Part shown: one piece after another, positions 1-9,978 of the stretch
Numbering within the stretch: the stretch's first letter is position 1
How the letters are laid out: the number at the start of each line of letters is the position of its first letter
From: an uncultured delta proteobacterium
GTDB lineage: Bacteria > Myxococcota > Myxococcia > Myxococcales > Anaeromyxobacteraceae
Length of the DNA: 64,000 nucleotides
NCBI GenBank assembly: GCA_963845515.1
Contig: CAWJSR010000029.1
Span: 96,001 to 160,000, forward strand
Direction: 5' to 3'
Position numbers and translations under genes: made by a program
Notes under the pieces: model-generated
The model's database searches: none
Seen by the model: only the letters and a program-made list of their open reading frames with translations
Told to the model about the DNA's origin: nothing

Positions 1-1
1 C

Positions 2-223
2 TTCGAGGGGCCGGTCCGCTTCCGCGTCCCACCCGGCTCCCAGAGCGGGAAGCGGATCCGGCTCAAGGGGAAGGGGCTCCCGGACCTCCGCGGCGGGGCC
101 CGTGGAGACCTGTATGCCGTCGTACGGATAGTCCTGCCCGAGCCGAGCGAGAAGCTGGCGAAGGCGGCGCGCGCGCTCGAGCCCCTCTACAAGGAGGATC
201 CCCGGGCGGCCATCTCGTTGTAG
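2..223 (+). CDS. DnaJ/CbpA-family chaperone, C-terminal fragment (runs off window start)
   Basis: Frame 2 reads FEGPVRFRVPPGSQSGKRIRLKGKGLPDLRGGARGDLYAVVRIVLP...ISL*, a typical DnaJ C-terminal domain; TAG at 221-223. Confidence 0.85.
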   Translation, partial: FEGPVRFRVPPGSQSGKRIRLKGKGLPDLRGGARGDLYAVVRIVLPEPSEKLAKAARALEPLYKEDPRAAISL

Positions 224-235
224 AAGGAACCACCG

Positions 236-985
236 ATGGGACTCTTCGACCTCTTCGCATCGAAGGAGGAACGCGCCCAGGGCGCCCTCCAGAAGCTCTC
301 GCAGAAGCTGCTGCAGAAGTTCGGGCCGCCCGAGAACCGGGCCAAGGCCATAGACCAGCTCCATGATCTGGGAACGCCGGAGGCGCTGCAGACGCTCTGC
401 TTGCGCTTCACGATCCTCGTCGATCCGACCATCACGGACGCGGACGAGAAGGAGCGCGTCCACAAGCTGCTGGTCGGCGAGGGTGAGGCGGCCGTCGAGC
501 CCATCCAGAGGTTCATCCACCAGCAGGAGGAGGGGATCGCGTGGGGGCTGCGCGCCCTCGCCGCCATCCTCCCGCCCGAGCGGCTCCACCCGATCGTGCT
601 CGGGGAGCTGGCCCACCTCGGCCGCGTCTACTCCCGCGACCCCGAGAAGAAGCTGACGCTCCTCAAGTGGCTGCGCGAGCACTCCGCTGGCGCCGGCGGC
701 GCCGCGGTCGAGGAGGCCGTCCTCCCGTTGCTGGAGGACTTCAGCGACGACGTCCGGATCGCCGCCACGCGGGCGCTCGCCGCGCTCGCCGGCTCGGAGC
801 GGACGCGCGATGCGCTGATCGACCTGCTCCTGCGGGACAAGGAGAACCTGCGGGTCCGAGGAGAGGTCTTCGAGGCGCTCGCCGACCTCGGCGCCGACGT
901 GAAGGGGCACCGTCCCGGCGTCGAGGCGCTCATCGCCGAGCCGTACTACCTGGACCGCGAAGGGCACGTGAAGAAGCGGGGGTGA
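236..985 (+). CDS. HEAT/ARM-repeat protein
   Basis: 249 aa helical protein with HEAT-like repeats (LLEDFSDDVRIAATRALAAL; ENLRVRGEVFEALADLG); AAGGA RBS. Confidence 0.75.
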   Translation: MGLFDLFASKEERAQGALQKLSQKLLQKFGPPENRAKAIDQLHDLGTPEALQTLCLRFTILVDPTITDADEKERVHKLLVGEGEAAVEPIQRFIHQQEEGIAWGLRALAAILPPERLHPIVLGELAHLGRVYSRDPEKKLTLLKWLREHSAGAGGAAVEEAVLPLLEDFSDDVRIAATRALAALAGSERTRDALIDLLLRDKENLRVRGEVFEALADLGADVKGHRPGVEALIAEPYYLDREGHVKKRG

Positions 986-992
986 TGGCCCC

Positions 993-3560
993 GTGAGCGA
1001 CCCCGACCGGGACCCTCCCCCCCTCACGCCGGGATCGGCCACGACGGCGGCGCGCTCCTTCTTCGACCGCTGGTTCGAGCACGTGCGCGTCCCGCGGGAC
1101 GCGCCGTCGACGCTCGCCGGGCTCGCGCGCAGGGGGAGCGTCGTGCTCGTCATGCGGTCGCCGGGGCTGCTCGAGCTCCTCTTCGCCCGCTGGATCGCGC
1201 CGAGGCTCGGCCTCGCGCCTGTCCGGGCGACGGCCGGCTATGGCCGCTTCGTCGCGAAGCTCTTCGGCGTCCGGCGCTCACGGCCGGGCTTCGCAGCGAC
1301 GGTGGCCGAGGGCGGGACGACCGTCGTCTTCCTGGGGCGCGAGCGGAGCCTCGCCCCCTTCGTCCAGCTCCTCGCCCTCGGGGCCGCCCGCGAGCGCCCG
1401 GTATTCCTCGTCCCTGCGCTCCTCACGTGGAGCCGGCGCGTGCCGCGGCTGGAGGGGTCGTTCTGGGACCTGCTCTACGGCCGCCCGGACGCGCCAACGC
1501 CGTTCGCCAACCTGGTGGGGTTCCTGCGAAACCACGAGCGGGCAACCTTCGACGTGGGCGAGGCCGTGGAGGTCGGCCAGTTCGCGGCCGCGCACCAGGC
1601 GACCTCGGCGCGGGGGCAGGCGGGCCGGCTGCGAGCCCGCCTCCACCTGCACCTCTCCCACGAGTTCCGCGCTGCGGTCGGCCCGCCGCTCAAGGCGCCG
1701 TCGCGGGTGCGGAACAAGGTGCTGCGCGACCGCTCCCTCCAGGCGACGGTGGACCGGGTCGCGACGGAGACGGGCACGCCCCGCTGGAAGGTGCTCGACG
1801 AGGCCGAGCACGACCTCGAGGAGGTGGCCAGCCGCTTCAGCCCGGGCTTCATCGAGGTCGCTCGCCCTCTCCTGAAGTGGGCCTTCGGCCGGCTCTACGA
1901 CGGCGTCGAGGTCGACGAGGAGGGGTTGGCGCGAGTCCGGCGAGCGGCCGCGCACGCCCCCATCGTCCTCTGCCCCAGCCACAAGAGCCACGTCGACTAC
2001 CTGGTCCTGTCCTGGCTCCTCGTGGAGCGCGGCATGACCCCTCCGCACATCGCGGCGGGGGTCAACCTCGCCTTCTGGCCGTTCGGCCCGATCGCCCGCG
2101 CCGGCGGGGGCTTCTTCATACGGCGCAAGGTGAAGGGGGACCGGATCTACACCGCCGTGCTCCGCGCCTACGTGAAGCACCTGCTGCGGGACGGCTTCCC
2201 GCAGGAGTTCTACGTCGAGGGGGGACGCAGCCGGACCGGGAAGCTGCTCGCGCCGAAGACCGGGCTGGTCTCGATGGAGGTCGACGCGTGGCTCGACGGC
2301 GCCGCCGCCGACGTCCTCTTCGTCCCGGTCTCGATCGACTACGAGCGGCTCATCGAGGCGGGGAGCTACGCGCGCGAGCTGGCGGGGGGCGAGAAGAGGA
2401 AGGAGAGCCTGCGCGGCCTGCTCGGCGTCCTCTCAGTGCTCTTCAGGCGCTACGAGCGGCTCTACGTGCAGTTCGAGCCGCCGATCTCGCTCGCGGCGGT
2501 CGCGCGCGAGCGGCTCGGCGACCGGGCGACCTCGCTCGCCGTGGACGACGCGTGGTCGGGCGAGGCAGGGGAGCCGACGGAGGTCGGCGCACGCGCCGTC
2601 GAAGGGCCGGAGGCCAAGCGCCGCCTGGTGCAGGCCGTGACGAACAGGATCGCGTGGGGGATCGCGCGCGCCACCACCGTGACGCCCGTGGGGCTCGTGG
2701 CCACCGCGCTGCTCGCCGACGCGGGGCGCGCGACGCCGGCAGGGGCGATCACCAGCCGCATCGAGCTGCTCCGCTACCTCGCCGCCGAGGACGGCGCGCG
2801 CTTCGCGCGTGGGCTCGAGGGGGCGTCGAGCGATCCGCGCGCGCCGGGTCCGATCGCGGACGCCCTCCGCCGGCTGGAGAAGGAGCGGCTCGTGCGGGCC
2901 GATCGCGCGGGGGAGGAGCCGGCGTGGCAGGTGGTGCCGGAGCGGCGGCCGTACGTCGACTTCCACCGGAACGCGGTCCTGCACCGCTACGTGGCGCTCG
3001 GGATCGTCGCCGCGGCCGTCCTCGCGCGCCGGACGACGCCCGAGGACGCGTGGGGGGTCTTCGAGCGCGCCGGCTGGATCTCTCGGCTCCTCAAGCTCGA
3101 GTTCATGTACCAGCCCGGCACCAGCGCCGAGGAGGCGTTCGAGTCGCTCGTGAACCTCCTCGAGCGGCTCGGGGGCATCGAGCGCGCCTCGGGCACGCTG
3201 CGGCCCGGGGCTTCGCCGGAGTTCCTCCACTTCCTCGCCGAGCTGCTCCGGCCCTTCATCGAGGGGTACCGGCTCGCGGTCGAGACGGCGCTCCTGCAGA
3301 TCGACCCGGCGAAGCCGCGCCGTCCCTTCACCCGCCGGCGGCTCGTGGCTGCCAGCCTCGAGCGCGGCCGGCAGGAGCTGGCCGCCGGAAGGATCAGGCT
3401 GACCGAGGCGGTCTCGAAGGCGACGGTCGAGAACGCCGTCGAGTGGCTGATCCTCGCGCAGTTCCTGCGGGAAACCCCCGACGGCGAGCTCAGCGCGCCA
3501 GCTGGCCCGCAGCCATTGCGCCGCGTCGTAGACTTGATGAATCCGCTTCTTGCGCCCTGA
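993..3560 (+). CDS. plsB: Glycerol-3-phosphate acyltransferase, PlsB-like
   Basis: HxxxxD (HKSHVD), GGFFIRR and EGGRSRTGK acyltransferase motifs; 855 aa. Confidence 0.8.
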   Translation: MSDPDRDPPPLTPGSATTAARSFFDRWFEHVRVPRDAPSTLAGLARRGSVVLVMRSPGLLELLFARWIAPRLGLAPVRATAGYGRFVAKLFGVRRSRPGFAATVAEGGTTVVFLGRERSLAPFVQLLALGAARERPVFLVPALLTWSRRVPRLEGSFWDLLYGRPDAPTPFANLVGFLRNHERATFDVGEAVEVGQFAAAHQATSARGQAGRLRARLHLHLSHEFRAAVGPPLKAPSRVRNKVLRDRSLQATVDRVATETGTPRWKVLDEAEHDLEEVASRFSPGFIEVARPLLKWAFGRLYDGVEVDEEGLARVRRAAAHAPIVLCPSHKSHVDYLVLSWLLVERGMTPPHIAAGVNLAFWPFGPIARAGGGFFIRRKVKGDRIYTAVLRAYVKHLLRDGFPQEFYVEGGRSRTGKLLAPKTGLVSMEVDAWLDGAAADVLFVPVSIDYERLIEAGSYARELAGGEKRKESLRGLLGVLSVLFRRYERLYVQFEPPISLAAVARERLGDRATSLAVDDAWSGEAGEPTEVGARAVEGPEAKRRLVQAVTNRIAWGIARATTVTPVGLVATALLADAGRATPAGAITSRIELLRYLAAEDGARFARGLEGASSDPRAPGPIADALRRLEKERLVRADRAGEEPAWQVVPERRPYVDFHRNAVLHRYVALGIVAAAVLARRTTPEDAWGVFERAGWISRLLKLEFMYQPGTSAEEAFESLVNLLERLGGIERASGTLRPGASPEFLHFLAELLRPFIEGYRLAVETALLQIDPAKPRRPFTRRRLVAASLERGRQELAAGRIRLTEAVSKATVENAVEWLILAQFLRETPDGELSAPAGPQPLRRVVDLMNPLLAP

Positions 3561-3712
3561 ATTCGCGAGCTTCCCGGACTTTGGTCCTTCCCTGTCGCGG
3601 GGCGCTTCGCTAATGTTGCGCGCCTATCCGGGTAGGTTCGGAGCCAGCGGGGCTCCACTCCGGCTTTCCACCGCGAGCAGGACGACTTCTAAAGCTTCAG
3701 GAGGCTGAACCA

Positions 3713-5233
3713 ATGTCGGACCGCATCCTTCACAAGGGACTTCAGGCCAAGGTGATGTCGGCCGCTGACGCTGCCAGACTCATCCCCAACGGCTCTGTCA
3801 TCGGCATGTCGGGCTTCACCGGCGCCGGCTATCCCAAGGCCGTTCCCGTCGAGCTTGCGAAGATGGCACTCGACGCGAAGCTCTCGGGCAAGTCGCTCCG
3901 GTTCGACGTCCTCACCGGCGCCTCAACCGGCCCGGAGCAGGACACGATGATGGCCATCACCGAGGCTTCCCGCTTCCGCTTCCCCTACCAGGGCGACGCG
4001 GCGTGCCGCGAGAAGATCAACGCCGGCCTCATCGAGTACCAGGACATGCACCTCAGCCACGCCGGGACGCTCGTCCGGTACGGCTACTACGGCAAGCTGG
4101 CCTTCGCGGTCGTCGAGGTCACGCGGATCAACGCGGACGGCACGCTCCTCTGCTCCTCGTCCTGCGGCGCGAACAACGTCTACCTGGACAAGGCCGAGAA
4201 GATCATCCTCGAGGTCAACGAGTGGCAGGATGAGCGGATGGAGGGGATGCACGACATCCTCTCCGTCGCCTCCGAGCACGGCAAGCGCGTCGCGATCCCA
4301 ATCAACGCGACGGGTGACCGCCCCGGCTCCAAGTTCCAGTCGATCGACATCAGCAAGGTGGTCGCGGTCGTCAAGACCAACTGCCCTGACCGCAACTCGC
4401 CCTTCAAGGCCCCCGAGGACATCCACAAGCGGATCGCCGGCCACATCATCGACTTCCTCTCCGCCGAGGTGAAGGCGGGCCGCCTCCCGCACTCCCTCAC
4501 GCCGCTGCAGTCGGGCGTCGGCAACATCGCGAACGCGGTGCTCGTCGGTCTGAACGAGGGGCCGTTCGAGCAGATGACCTCGTACACCGAGGTGGTCCAG
4601 GACGGCATGCTCGACATGCTCGACTCCGGCAAGCTCACGGTCGCCTCGGCGACCGCCTTCTCGGTCTCGCCGGCCGGGCAGGAGCGCTTCCTCAAGAACA
4701 TCGACCGCTACCGGAAGCAGATCATCCTGCGCCCGCAGGAGATCTCGAACAACCCCGAGGTGATCCGCCGCCTGGGCTGCATCGCGATGAACGGGTTCGT
4801 CGAGGCCGACATCTACGGCCACGTCAACTCGACCCACATCGCCGGCAAGGGGATCGAGAACGGCATCGGTGGGTCGGGTGACTTCGCCCGCAACTCTGCC
4901 TACACGATCTTCATGTCCCCGGCGACCGCCAAGGACGGCAAGATCTCCGCCATCGTCCCGTTCGCGTCGCACATCGACCACACGGAGCACGACGTCTCGG
5001 CGATCGTGACCGAGTTCGGCCTCGCCGACCTCCGCGGGCGCAGCCCGAAGGAGAAGGCCAAGGAGGTCATCGAGAAGTGCGCCGCCCCCGAGTACCGTCC
5101 GGTCCTCTGGGATTACTACAAGAAGGCCATGGCGAACCCGTCCGCGGGCCGTCACTCGCCGCACCAGTTCGACAAGGCGTTCTCGTTCCACACGAACTAC
5201 CTGGCGACCGGCAGCATGATGCCGAAGAAGTAG
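3713..5233 (+). CDS. Succinyl-CoA:acetate CoA-transferase / acetyl-CoA hydrolase family
   Basis: MSGFTGAGYPKAVP, LQSGVGNIANAV, YTEVVQDG, NGIGGSGDFARN, IDHTEHDV motifs; AGGAGG RBS. Confidence 0.9.
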   Translation: MSDRILHKGLQAKVMSAADAARLIPNGSVIGMSGFTGAGYPKAVPVELAKMALDAKLSGKSLRFDVLTGASTGPEQDTMMAITEASRFRFPYQGDAACREKINAGLIEYQDMHLSHAGTLVRYGYYGKLAFAVVEVTRINADGTLLCSSSCGANNVYLDKAEKIILEVNEWQDERMEGMHDILSVASEHGKRVAIPINATGDRPGSKFQSIDISKVVAVVKTNCPDRNSPFKAPEDIHKRIAGHIIDFLSAEVKAGRLPHSLTPLQSGVGNIANAVLVGLNEGPFEQMTSYTEVVQDGMLDMLDSGKLTVASATAFSVSPAGQERFLKNIDRYRKQIILRPQEISNNPEVIRRLGCIAMNGFVEADIYGHVNSTHIAGKGIENGIGGSGDFARNSAYTIFMSPATAKDGKISAIVPFASHIDHTEHDVSAIVTEFGLADLRGRSPKEKAKEVIEKCAAPEYRPVLWDYYKKAMANPSAGRHSPHQFDKAFSFHTNYLATGSMMPKK

Positions 5234-5255
5234 CCTTCCGGCTTCGCTTGAATGG

Positions 5256-5291
5256 AACGGCGGTCGCGCGAGCGGCCGCCGTTTCACTTTT
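5256..5291 (+). terminator. Intrinsic terminator after the CoA-transferase gene
   Basis: AACGGCGGTCGC-GCGA-GCGGCCGCCGTT: 12-bp stem with one G.U and a GNRA loop, followed by TCACTTTT. Confidence 0.75.
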
Positions 5292-5354
5292 GGGAGCGCG
5301 AAGCGCCTCCGGACCTTCTCCCTCTCCCCGGTCCCGGCCTGCTAATCTCCCCCC

Positions 5355-6149
5355 ATGCCGACCGTCGACCTCGAGAAGGCAATGAACGTCGCGCGCGCCG
5401 CCGTCGAGGCGGCGAGCGCCGCCAGCCTCCGCCACTTCCGGAAGGGCGTGCGCGTCGAGGTGAAGCCGGACCGGACGCCGGTGACCGCCGCCGACCGCGA
5501 GTCGGAGGCGGCGATCCTGCGCGTGGTCCGCGACGCCTTCCCGGACCACGCCTTCCTCGGCGAGGAGACGGGCGAGCACCCCGGGATCGCGGGCGCGCGC
5601 TGGATCGTCGATCCGCTCGACGGGACCAAGGGCTTCACCCGCGGCCGGACCTTCTGGGGAGCGCTGGTGGGCTTCGAGCTCGAGGGCAGGGTCGCGGCCG
5701 GGGCGATGGCCCTCCCGGGCGAGGGGGAGGTCTACTGGGCCGCTCGCGGCCACGGCGCCTGGCTCTCGAGCGACGGTGGCGAGCCCGTGCGGCTGCGGGT
5801 CTCGGCGATCTCCGGCTGGGAAGACTCGACCCTCTCGATCGGCGAGCCACACGTTCTCTTCAAGCCGCCGATGCTGGAGCGCGTGGCCAGGCTGGCCATA
5901 GAGGCGCAGAACGCACGCTGCTACGGCGACCTCGCCGGCTGCGCGCTCGTGCTCAAGGGGCAGGCCGAGGCCTGGATCGAGGCCGGCGTGAAGATCTGGG
6001 ACCTCTCGCCGCTGCAGATCCTGGCCGAGGAGGCGGGCGGCCGGTTCACCGACTTCGACGGCGTCCCAACCGTCGCGTCCGGCGCCTGCGTCGCGTCGAA
6101 CGGGCTCGTCCACGAGCGCGTCCTGGCGGCGCTGGCCGGCGGCCGCTAG
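5355..6149 (+). CDS. Inositol monophosphatase family (histidinol-phosphatase HisN-like)
   Basis: PVTAAD, LGEE, WIVDPLDGT and KIWD motifs; specificity not resolvable by eye. Confidence 0.85.
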   Translation: MPTVDLEKAMNVARAAVEAASAASLRHFRKGVRVEVKPDRTPVTAADRESEAAILRVVRDAFPDHAFLGEETGEHPGIAGARWIVDPLDGTKGFTRGRTFWGALVGFELEGRVAAGAMALPGEGEVYWAARGHGAWLSSDGGEPVRLRVSAISGWEDSTLSIGEPHVLFKPPMLERVARLAIEAQNARCYGDLAGCALVLKGQAEAWIEAGVKIWDLSPLQILAEEAGGRFTDFDGVPTVASGACVASNGLVHERVLAALAGGR

Positions 6150-6180
6150 CGCTCCGCTCGGCTACCCGCCGGCCGCCCGC

Positions 6181-6489
6181 CTACCCGTCGGCGCCGCCGC
6201 CCTTCGGCTTGGGCTTCGGTCGCACCACGATCCTGTAGACCTGCCGCAGCCCGAGCGGCGAGCCGCGCGAGACCGAGCAGGTGGTCTCGCCCACCTTCAG
6301 CGCCTCGAGCTTCCCGCTGCCGTCGGCCGCGAAGGCGGCGACGGAGGGATCGTCGCAGAGCGGGCGGAACCCGCCGAGCTCCTTCGACTCGCCGATGACC
6401 AGCTCGACCCGGATCGAGTCGTCGGCCCACGCGGCGAGGGGAAGGAGCGCCGTAGACGCCAGGACCGCCGCGGCGATGAGGGAGCGCAT
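6181..6489 (-). CDS. Small secreted beta-rich protein resembling pilus-secretin N-terminal (CpaC/RcpA-N) or Ig-like domains
   Basis: Signal peptide MRSLIAAAVLASTALLPLAAWA; mature part VELVIGES...CDDPSVA...LEALKVGETTCSV with two Cys; 102 aa. Confidence 0.6.
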   Translation of the reverse strand: MRSLIAAAVLASTALLPLAAWADDSIRVELVIGESKELGGFRPLCDDPSVAAFAADGSGKLEALKVGETTCSVSRGSPLGLRQVYRIVVRPKPKPKGGGADG

Positions 6490-6532
6490 GGCAGCGATGG
6501 TCGCGCCGCCCGCGGGAGCGGTCAAGCGCCCG

Positions 6533-8044
6533 TCAGGCGACCGGGGCGCGCCGGAACAGCTCGGCGACCGCGCCGGTCCGGCCGGCGACGCGAGCCCGGC
6601 CGCGCGCCCACTCGCGCAGCGCCTTGATCTGCTCCTCGTAGGTCTTGAAGAGCGGGACGAGATCCTGCGCGACGCGACGAAGGTCCCCGGTCTCCAGCTC
6701 GCGCCCCTGCGCGTAGGCGCGGTGGAGCGCGCCTACGACGACCTGCTCCAGCTCCGCGCCCGAGTAGTCGACGCAGACCCTGGCGATCCCCGCGACGTCG
6801 ACCTGCTCCGGGTCCCGGCTGCGCCGCCGGAGGTGGAGCGCGAGGATCTCGCGCCGCGCCTCGGCGTCCGGCAGGTCGACGAAGAAGAGCTCGTCGAAGC
6901 GCCCGCGCCGCAGCAGCTCGGGTGGAAGGCGCGACACGTCGTTCGCGGTGGCGACCACGAAGACCGGACCCTGACGCTCCTGCAGCCACGTCGAGAAGGC
7001 GCCCAGCAGCCGGGCGGCCCGTGGATCCGCGCCGTCGCCCGGCGAGCTGCCGGCGAAGCCCTTCTCGATCTCGTCCACCCATAGGGCGACCGGGGAGAGC
7101 GCCTCTGCCGCCTCCAGGGCGCGATGGAGGCTCTCCTCGGCGCCGGTGCCCGACCCGAGCACCCGCGGCAGGTCGAGCCGCAGGATCGGGACGCCGAGCC
7201 GCGCCGCGGCCGCCTTCGCCGCGAGCGACTTGCCGCAGCCCTGCACGCCCACGAGCAGCACGCCGCGCGGCGGGGGCAGCCCCCAGCGACGGGCGTCCGG
7301 ATCGAACGCGAGCGCGCGCTCCTCCATCCAGTCCTTGAACCCGGAGAGCCCGCCGATCGCCTCGGTCCCCTCCCCTCCCTTGACCAGCTCCAGCCCGAGG
7401 TCGCGGGCGAGCAGCCGCTCCTTCTCCTCGACGATCGCCGCGATGGCGGCGGGCGCGAGCGCGACGTCAGTCCGCAGCGCGCGAGAGAAGGCCCGGCGGG
7501 CCTGCGCCTCGGTGAGCCCGCGGGCCGCGACGAGGGCCCGGTGGCGGACATCAGCGCCGAGGGCCGGGGTGCGCGGCTCGGCGAGCCCGATCCGGACGTC
7601 GTCGAGGAGCGACGCCAGCTCGGCCTCGTCGGGGAGCGGGAGCCGGATTACGGCCGTGTCGGCGGCGATCCCGTCCGGGAGCACGAGCCGCGGCGCGACG
7701 ATGGTGAGGCAGCGCCCCTCTGCCGCGAAGCGCGGGATGAGGTCGCGCAGCTTTCGAGCCACCGCGTGCTGCTCGAGCGGCTGGTGGAAGTCGAGCGCCA
7801 CCGCGAGGACGGGCGCTGGCGCCGCGGCCAGCGCGTCGAGCATCGCGACGGGATCCTTCGCGTGCGGCGCCAGGGGCGCCAGCCCCCGGTGCGGGGACCA
7901 GACCCCGATCCGCGCGTCGAAGGCCTCGGCGGCGCTCTCGCAGAAGGCGATGGCGCGGTCCTCCTCGTGCGTGACGATGTAGACGACGGGGGTCCCTGCC
8001 GCCCACAGCTCGGCGATCTCGGTGGCGACGTTCCTAGAGCCCAT
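6533..8044 (-). CDS. Ycf46-type AAA+ ATPase
   Basis: Degenerate N-terminal domain (YIVTHEEDR), Walker A GVQGCGKS, Walker [30 protein letters not shown]. Confidence 0.85.
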   Translation of the reverse strand: MGSRNVATEIAELWAAGTPVVYIVTHEEDRAIAFCESAAEAFDARIGVWSPHRGLAPLAPHAKDPVAMLDALAAAPAPVLAVALDFHQPLEQHAVARKLRDLIPRFAAEGRCLTIVAPRLVLPDGIAADTAVIRLPLPDEAELASLLDDVRIGLAEPRTPALGADVRHRALVAARGLTEAQARRAFSRALRTDVALAPAAIAAIVEEKERLLARDLGLELVKGGEGTEAIGGLSGFKDWMEERALAFDPDARRWGLPPPRGVLLVGVQGCGKSLAAKAAAARLGVPILRLDLPRVLGSGTGAEESLHRALEAAEALSPVALWVDEIEKGFAGSSPGDGADPRAARLLGAFSTWLQERQGPVFVVATANDVSRLPPELLRRGRFDELFFVDLPDAEARREILALHLRRRSRDPEQVDVAGIARVCVDYSGAELEQVVVGALHRAYAQGRELETGDLRRVAQDLVPLFKTYEEQIKALREWARGRARVAGRTGAVAELFRRAPVA

Positions 8045-8077
8045 CCCGTACCCTCCAGCCGCTGCGAGGCGCAGCCG

Positions 8078-9904
8078 TCACGGCGTCCCCTCCGCGTCGG
8101 CGGTGGCGCGCATCGCCTCCTCGAAGGAGGTGACGCCGGCGGCCACCTTCCGGACCGCGTGCTCGCGCATCGACTGGAGCCCGTCCTGGCGCGCCGTCCG
8201 GAGCAGCGCCTCCGGCGTCGCCCCCTCGGCGACGAGGTGGCGCAGCCGCGCATTGACCGGGAGGATCTCGAAGATCCCGGACCGGCCGTAGTACCCGGTC
8301 ATCCTGCACTTGGGGCAGCCCGCGCCGCGACGAGCGAGCAGCTTGCCGGCGAAGTCCTCCGGGTGCGGCACGCCCAGCGCGTGGACCTCGTCGGCCGTCA
8401 GCGGCACGTCCGCGGCGCAGCTGGGACAGACCTGGCGGACGAGCCGCTGGGCCGCCACGCCCGTGAGCGTCGCGGCGATGAGGAAGCTCGGGACCCCGAG
8501 GTCGCGCAGGCGCGCGATCGCGCCGACCGCGTCGCTCGTGTGGAGCGTGGTCAGCACCATGTGACCGGTGAGCGCGGCCTGCACCGCCTGCGTGGCGGTG
8601 TCGGCGTCCCGGATCTCGCCGACCATGATGACGTCCGGATCCTGCCGCAGCACGTGGCGGAGCGCCTCGGCGAACCCCGTGCCGGTCTTCGGGTTTGCCG
8701 CGATCTGGTTGAAGTCCTCGTGGACCATCTCGATCGGATCCTCGATGGTCACCACGTTCACCTCCGGCGAGGTGAGCGCCTGCAGCGCCGAGTAGAGGGT
8801 CGTGGTCTTCCCGCTCCCGGTGGGCCCGGTGACGATCACGAGGCCGTGCGGACGCAGCAGCCACCGCTCGAAGACCTCCCGCTCGTCGGGCAGGAAGCCC
8901 AGCTCGGAGAGGTCGCGGACGAGGACGGTCGGGTCCAGGACGCGGATCACGATCTTGTCGCCGAAGGTCGTCGGGATGGTCGAGACGCGCAGCTCCATCT
9001 CGGTCTCGCCGTGCGCCGTCCGGATACGCCCGTCCTGCGGCTTGCGCAGGGAGATGTCGAGCCGGCTCATGATCTTGAACCGGTTCGCGATCGCCCCGTG
9101 GACCCCCTTGGGCAGCCGGTGGATGGGGTGGAGGACGCCGTCGATCCGCATGCGGACGATCGACTCCTCGCGGCGTGGCTCGATGTGGATGTCGCTCGCG
9201 CGCTGCTCGAAGGCGTAGTGGAGCAGGTACTCGACCGCCGCGATCACGGGCTCGCTGGAGGCCTCCAGCACGTCGAGCCCGCTGAGGTTGACGAACTGCT
9301 CCAGGTTGCCGACGTCGGTGCCGCCCTCGAGCTGCACCTGGGCGTCGGTGATCTGCTGGCGAAAGCCGTAGACCTCGGCGATGGCGCGGTGGATGTCCGC
9401 CGGCGAGGCGAGGACCGGCTCGACCTCGCTCCCCACGAGCCCACGCAGGCTCTCGAAGAGCTCGCCGTCGAACGGGTTCGCGACCGCCACCACCAGCTTC
9501 TGCCCCTTCCGCTCCAGCGGGAGGACGGCGTGCTTGCGCGCGAACGGGCGCGAGAGGGTGCGCGTGATGAGCTGCGCGTCGAGCTTGATCGTGTCGACCT
9601 TGCGCCACGGGAGCCCCATCCCCTGGGCGAAGGCCTGGGTGATGCCGTCCTCGTCGAGCGGCTCGCCCTCGCGTCGCGCGTTCTGGAACTTGAAGGAGGC
9701 GAGCAGCTCGACCGGAGAGAGCTCCGCCCGGCGAAGCGAGCGGCTGCCCGCGCGGCTGCTCTGCTCCCGGAGGAGGCGGGCGCGCTGCACGTTCTCACGC
9801 GCGTAGGCGGTCCGCTTCTGGTCCTCGGTGATCAGCCCCTGCTTGGCGACTATGTCGGCGACCAGCTCGAGGTTGAAGTCGGCCGCCCGGTAGGTACGAG
9901 GCAC
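8078..9904 (-). CDS. GspE/PulE/PilB-family secretion ATPase (orphan)
   Basis: ASDIHIEP, PQDGR, Walker A GPTGSGKTTT, TIEDPIE, LRQDPDVIMVGEIRD, His box TGHMVLTTLHT, CPSC...CPKC zinc motif. Confidence 0.92.
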   Translation of the reverse strand: MPRTYRAADFNLELVADIVAKQGLITEDQKRTAYARENVQRARLLREQSSRAGSRSLRRAELSPVELLASFKFQNARREGEPLDEDGITQAFAQGMGLPWRKVDTIKLDAQLITRTLSRPFARKHAVLPLERKGQKLVVAVANPFDGELFESLRGLVGSEVEPVLASPADIHRAIAEVYGFRQQITDAQVQLEGGTDVGNLEQFVNLSGLDVLEASSEPVIAAVEYLLHYAFEQRASDIHIEPRREESIVRMRIDGVLHPIHRLPKGVHGAIANRFKIMSRLDISLRKPQDGRIRTAHGETEMELRVSTIPTTFGDKIVIRVLDPTVLVRDLSELGFLPDEREVFERWLLRPHGLVIVTGPTGSGKTTTLYSALQALTSPEVNVVTIEDPIEMVHEDFNQIAANPKTGTGFAEALRHVLRQDPDVIMVGEIRDADTATQAVQAALTGHMVLTTLHTSDAVGAIARLRDLGVPSFLIAATLTGVAAQRLVRQVCPSCAADVPLTADEVHALGVPHPEDFAGKLLARRGAGCPKCRMTGYYGRSGIFEILPVNARLRHLVAEGATPEALLRTARQDGLQSMREHAVRKVAAGVTSFEEAMRATADAEGTP

Positions 9905-9944
9905 GGCGGGAGTCTACCCCGCCTCGGGATCCCGTGTAATTCGC

Positions 9945-9978
9945 CTGATGCCGCCCGACCGGGCGGCCTTCAGATGCT
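9945..9978 (-). promoter_or_regulatory. Candidate bacterial SECIS element
   Basis: mRNA: UGA + 11 nt (AGCAUCUGAAG) + GCCGCCC-GGUC-GGGCGGC hairpin; lower stem CUGA/UCAG; no U-tract. Confidence 0.6.
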
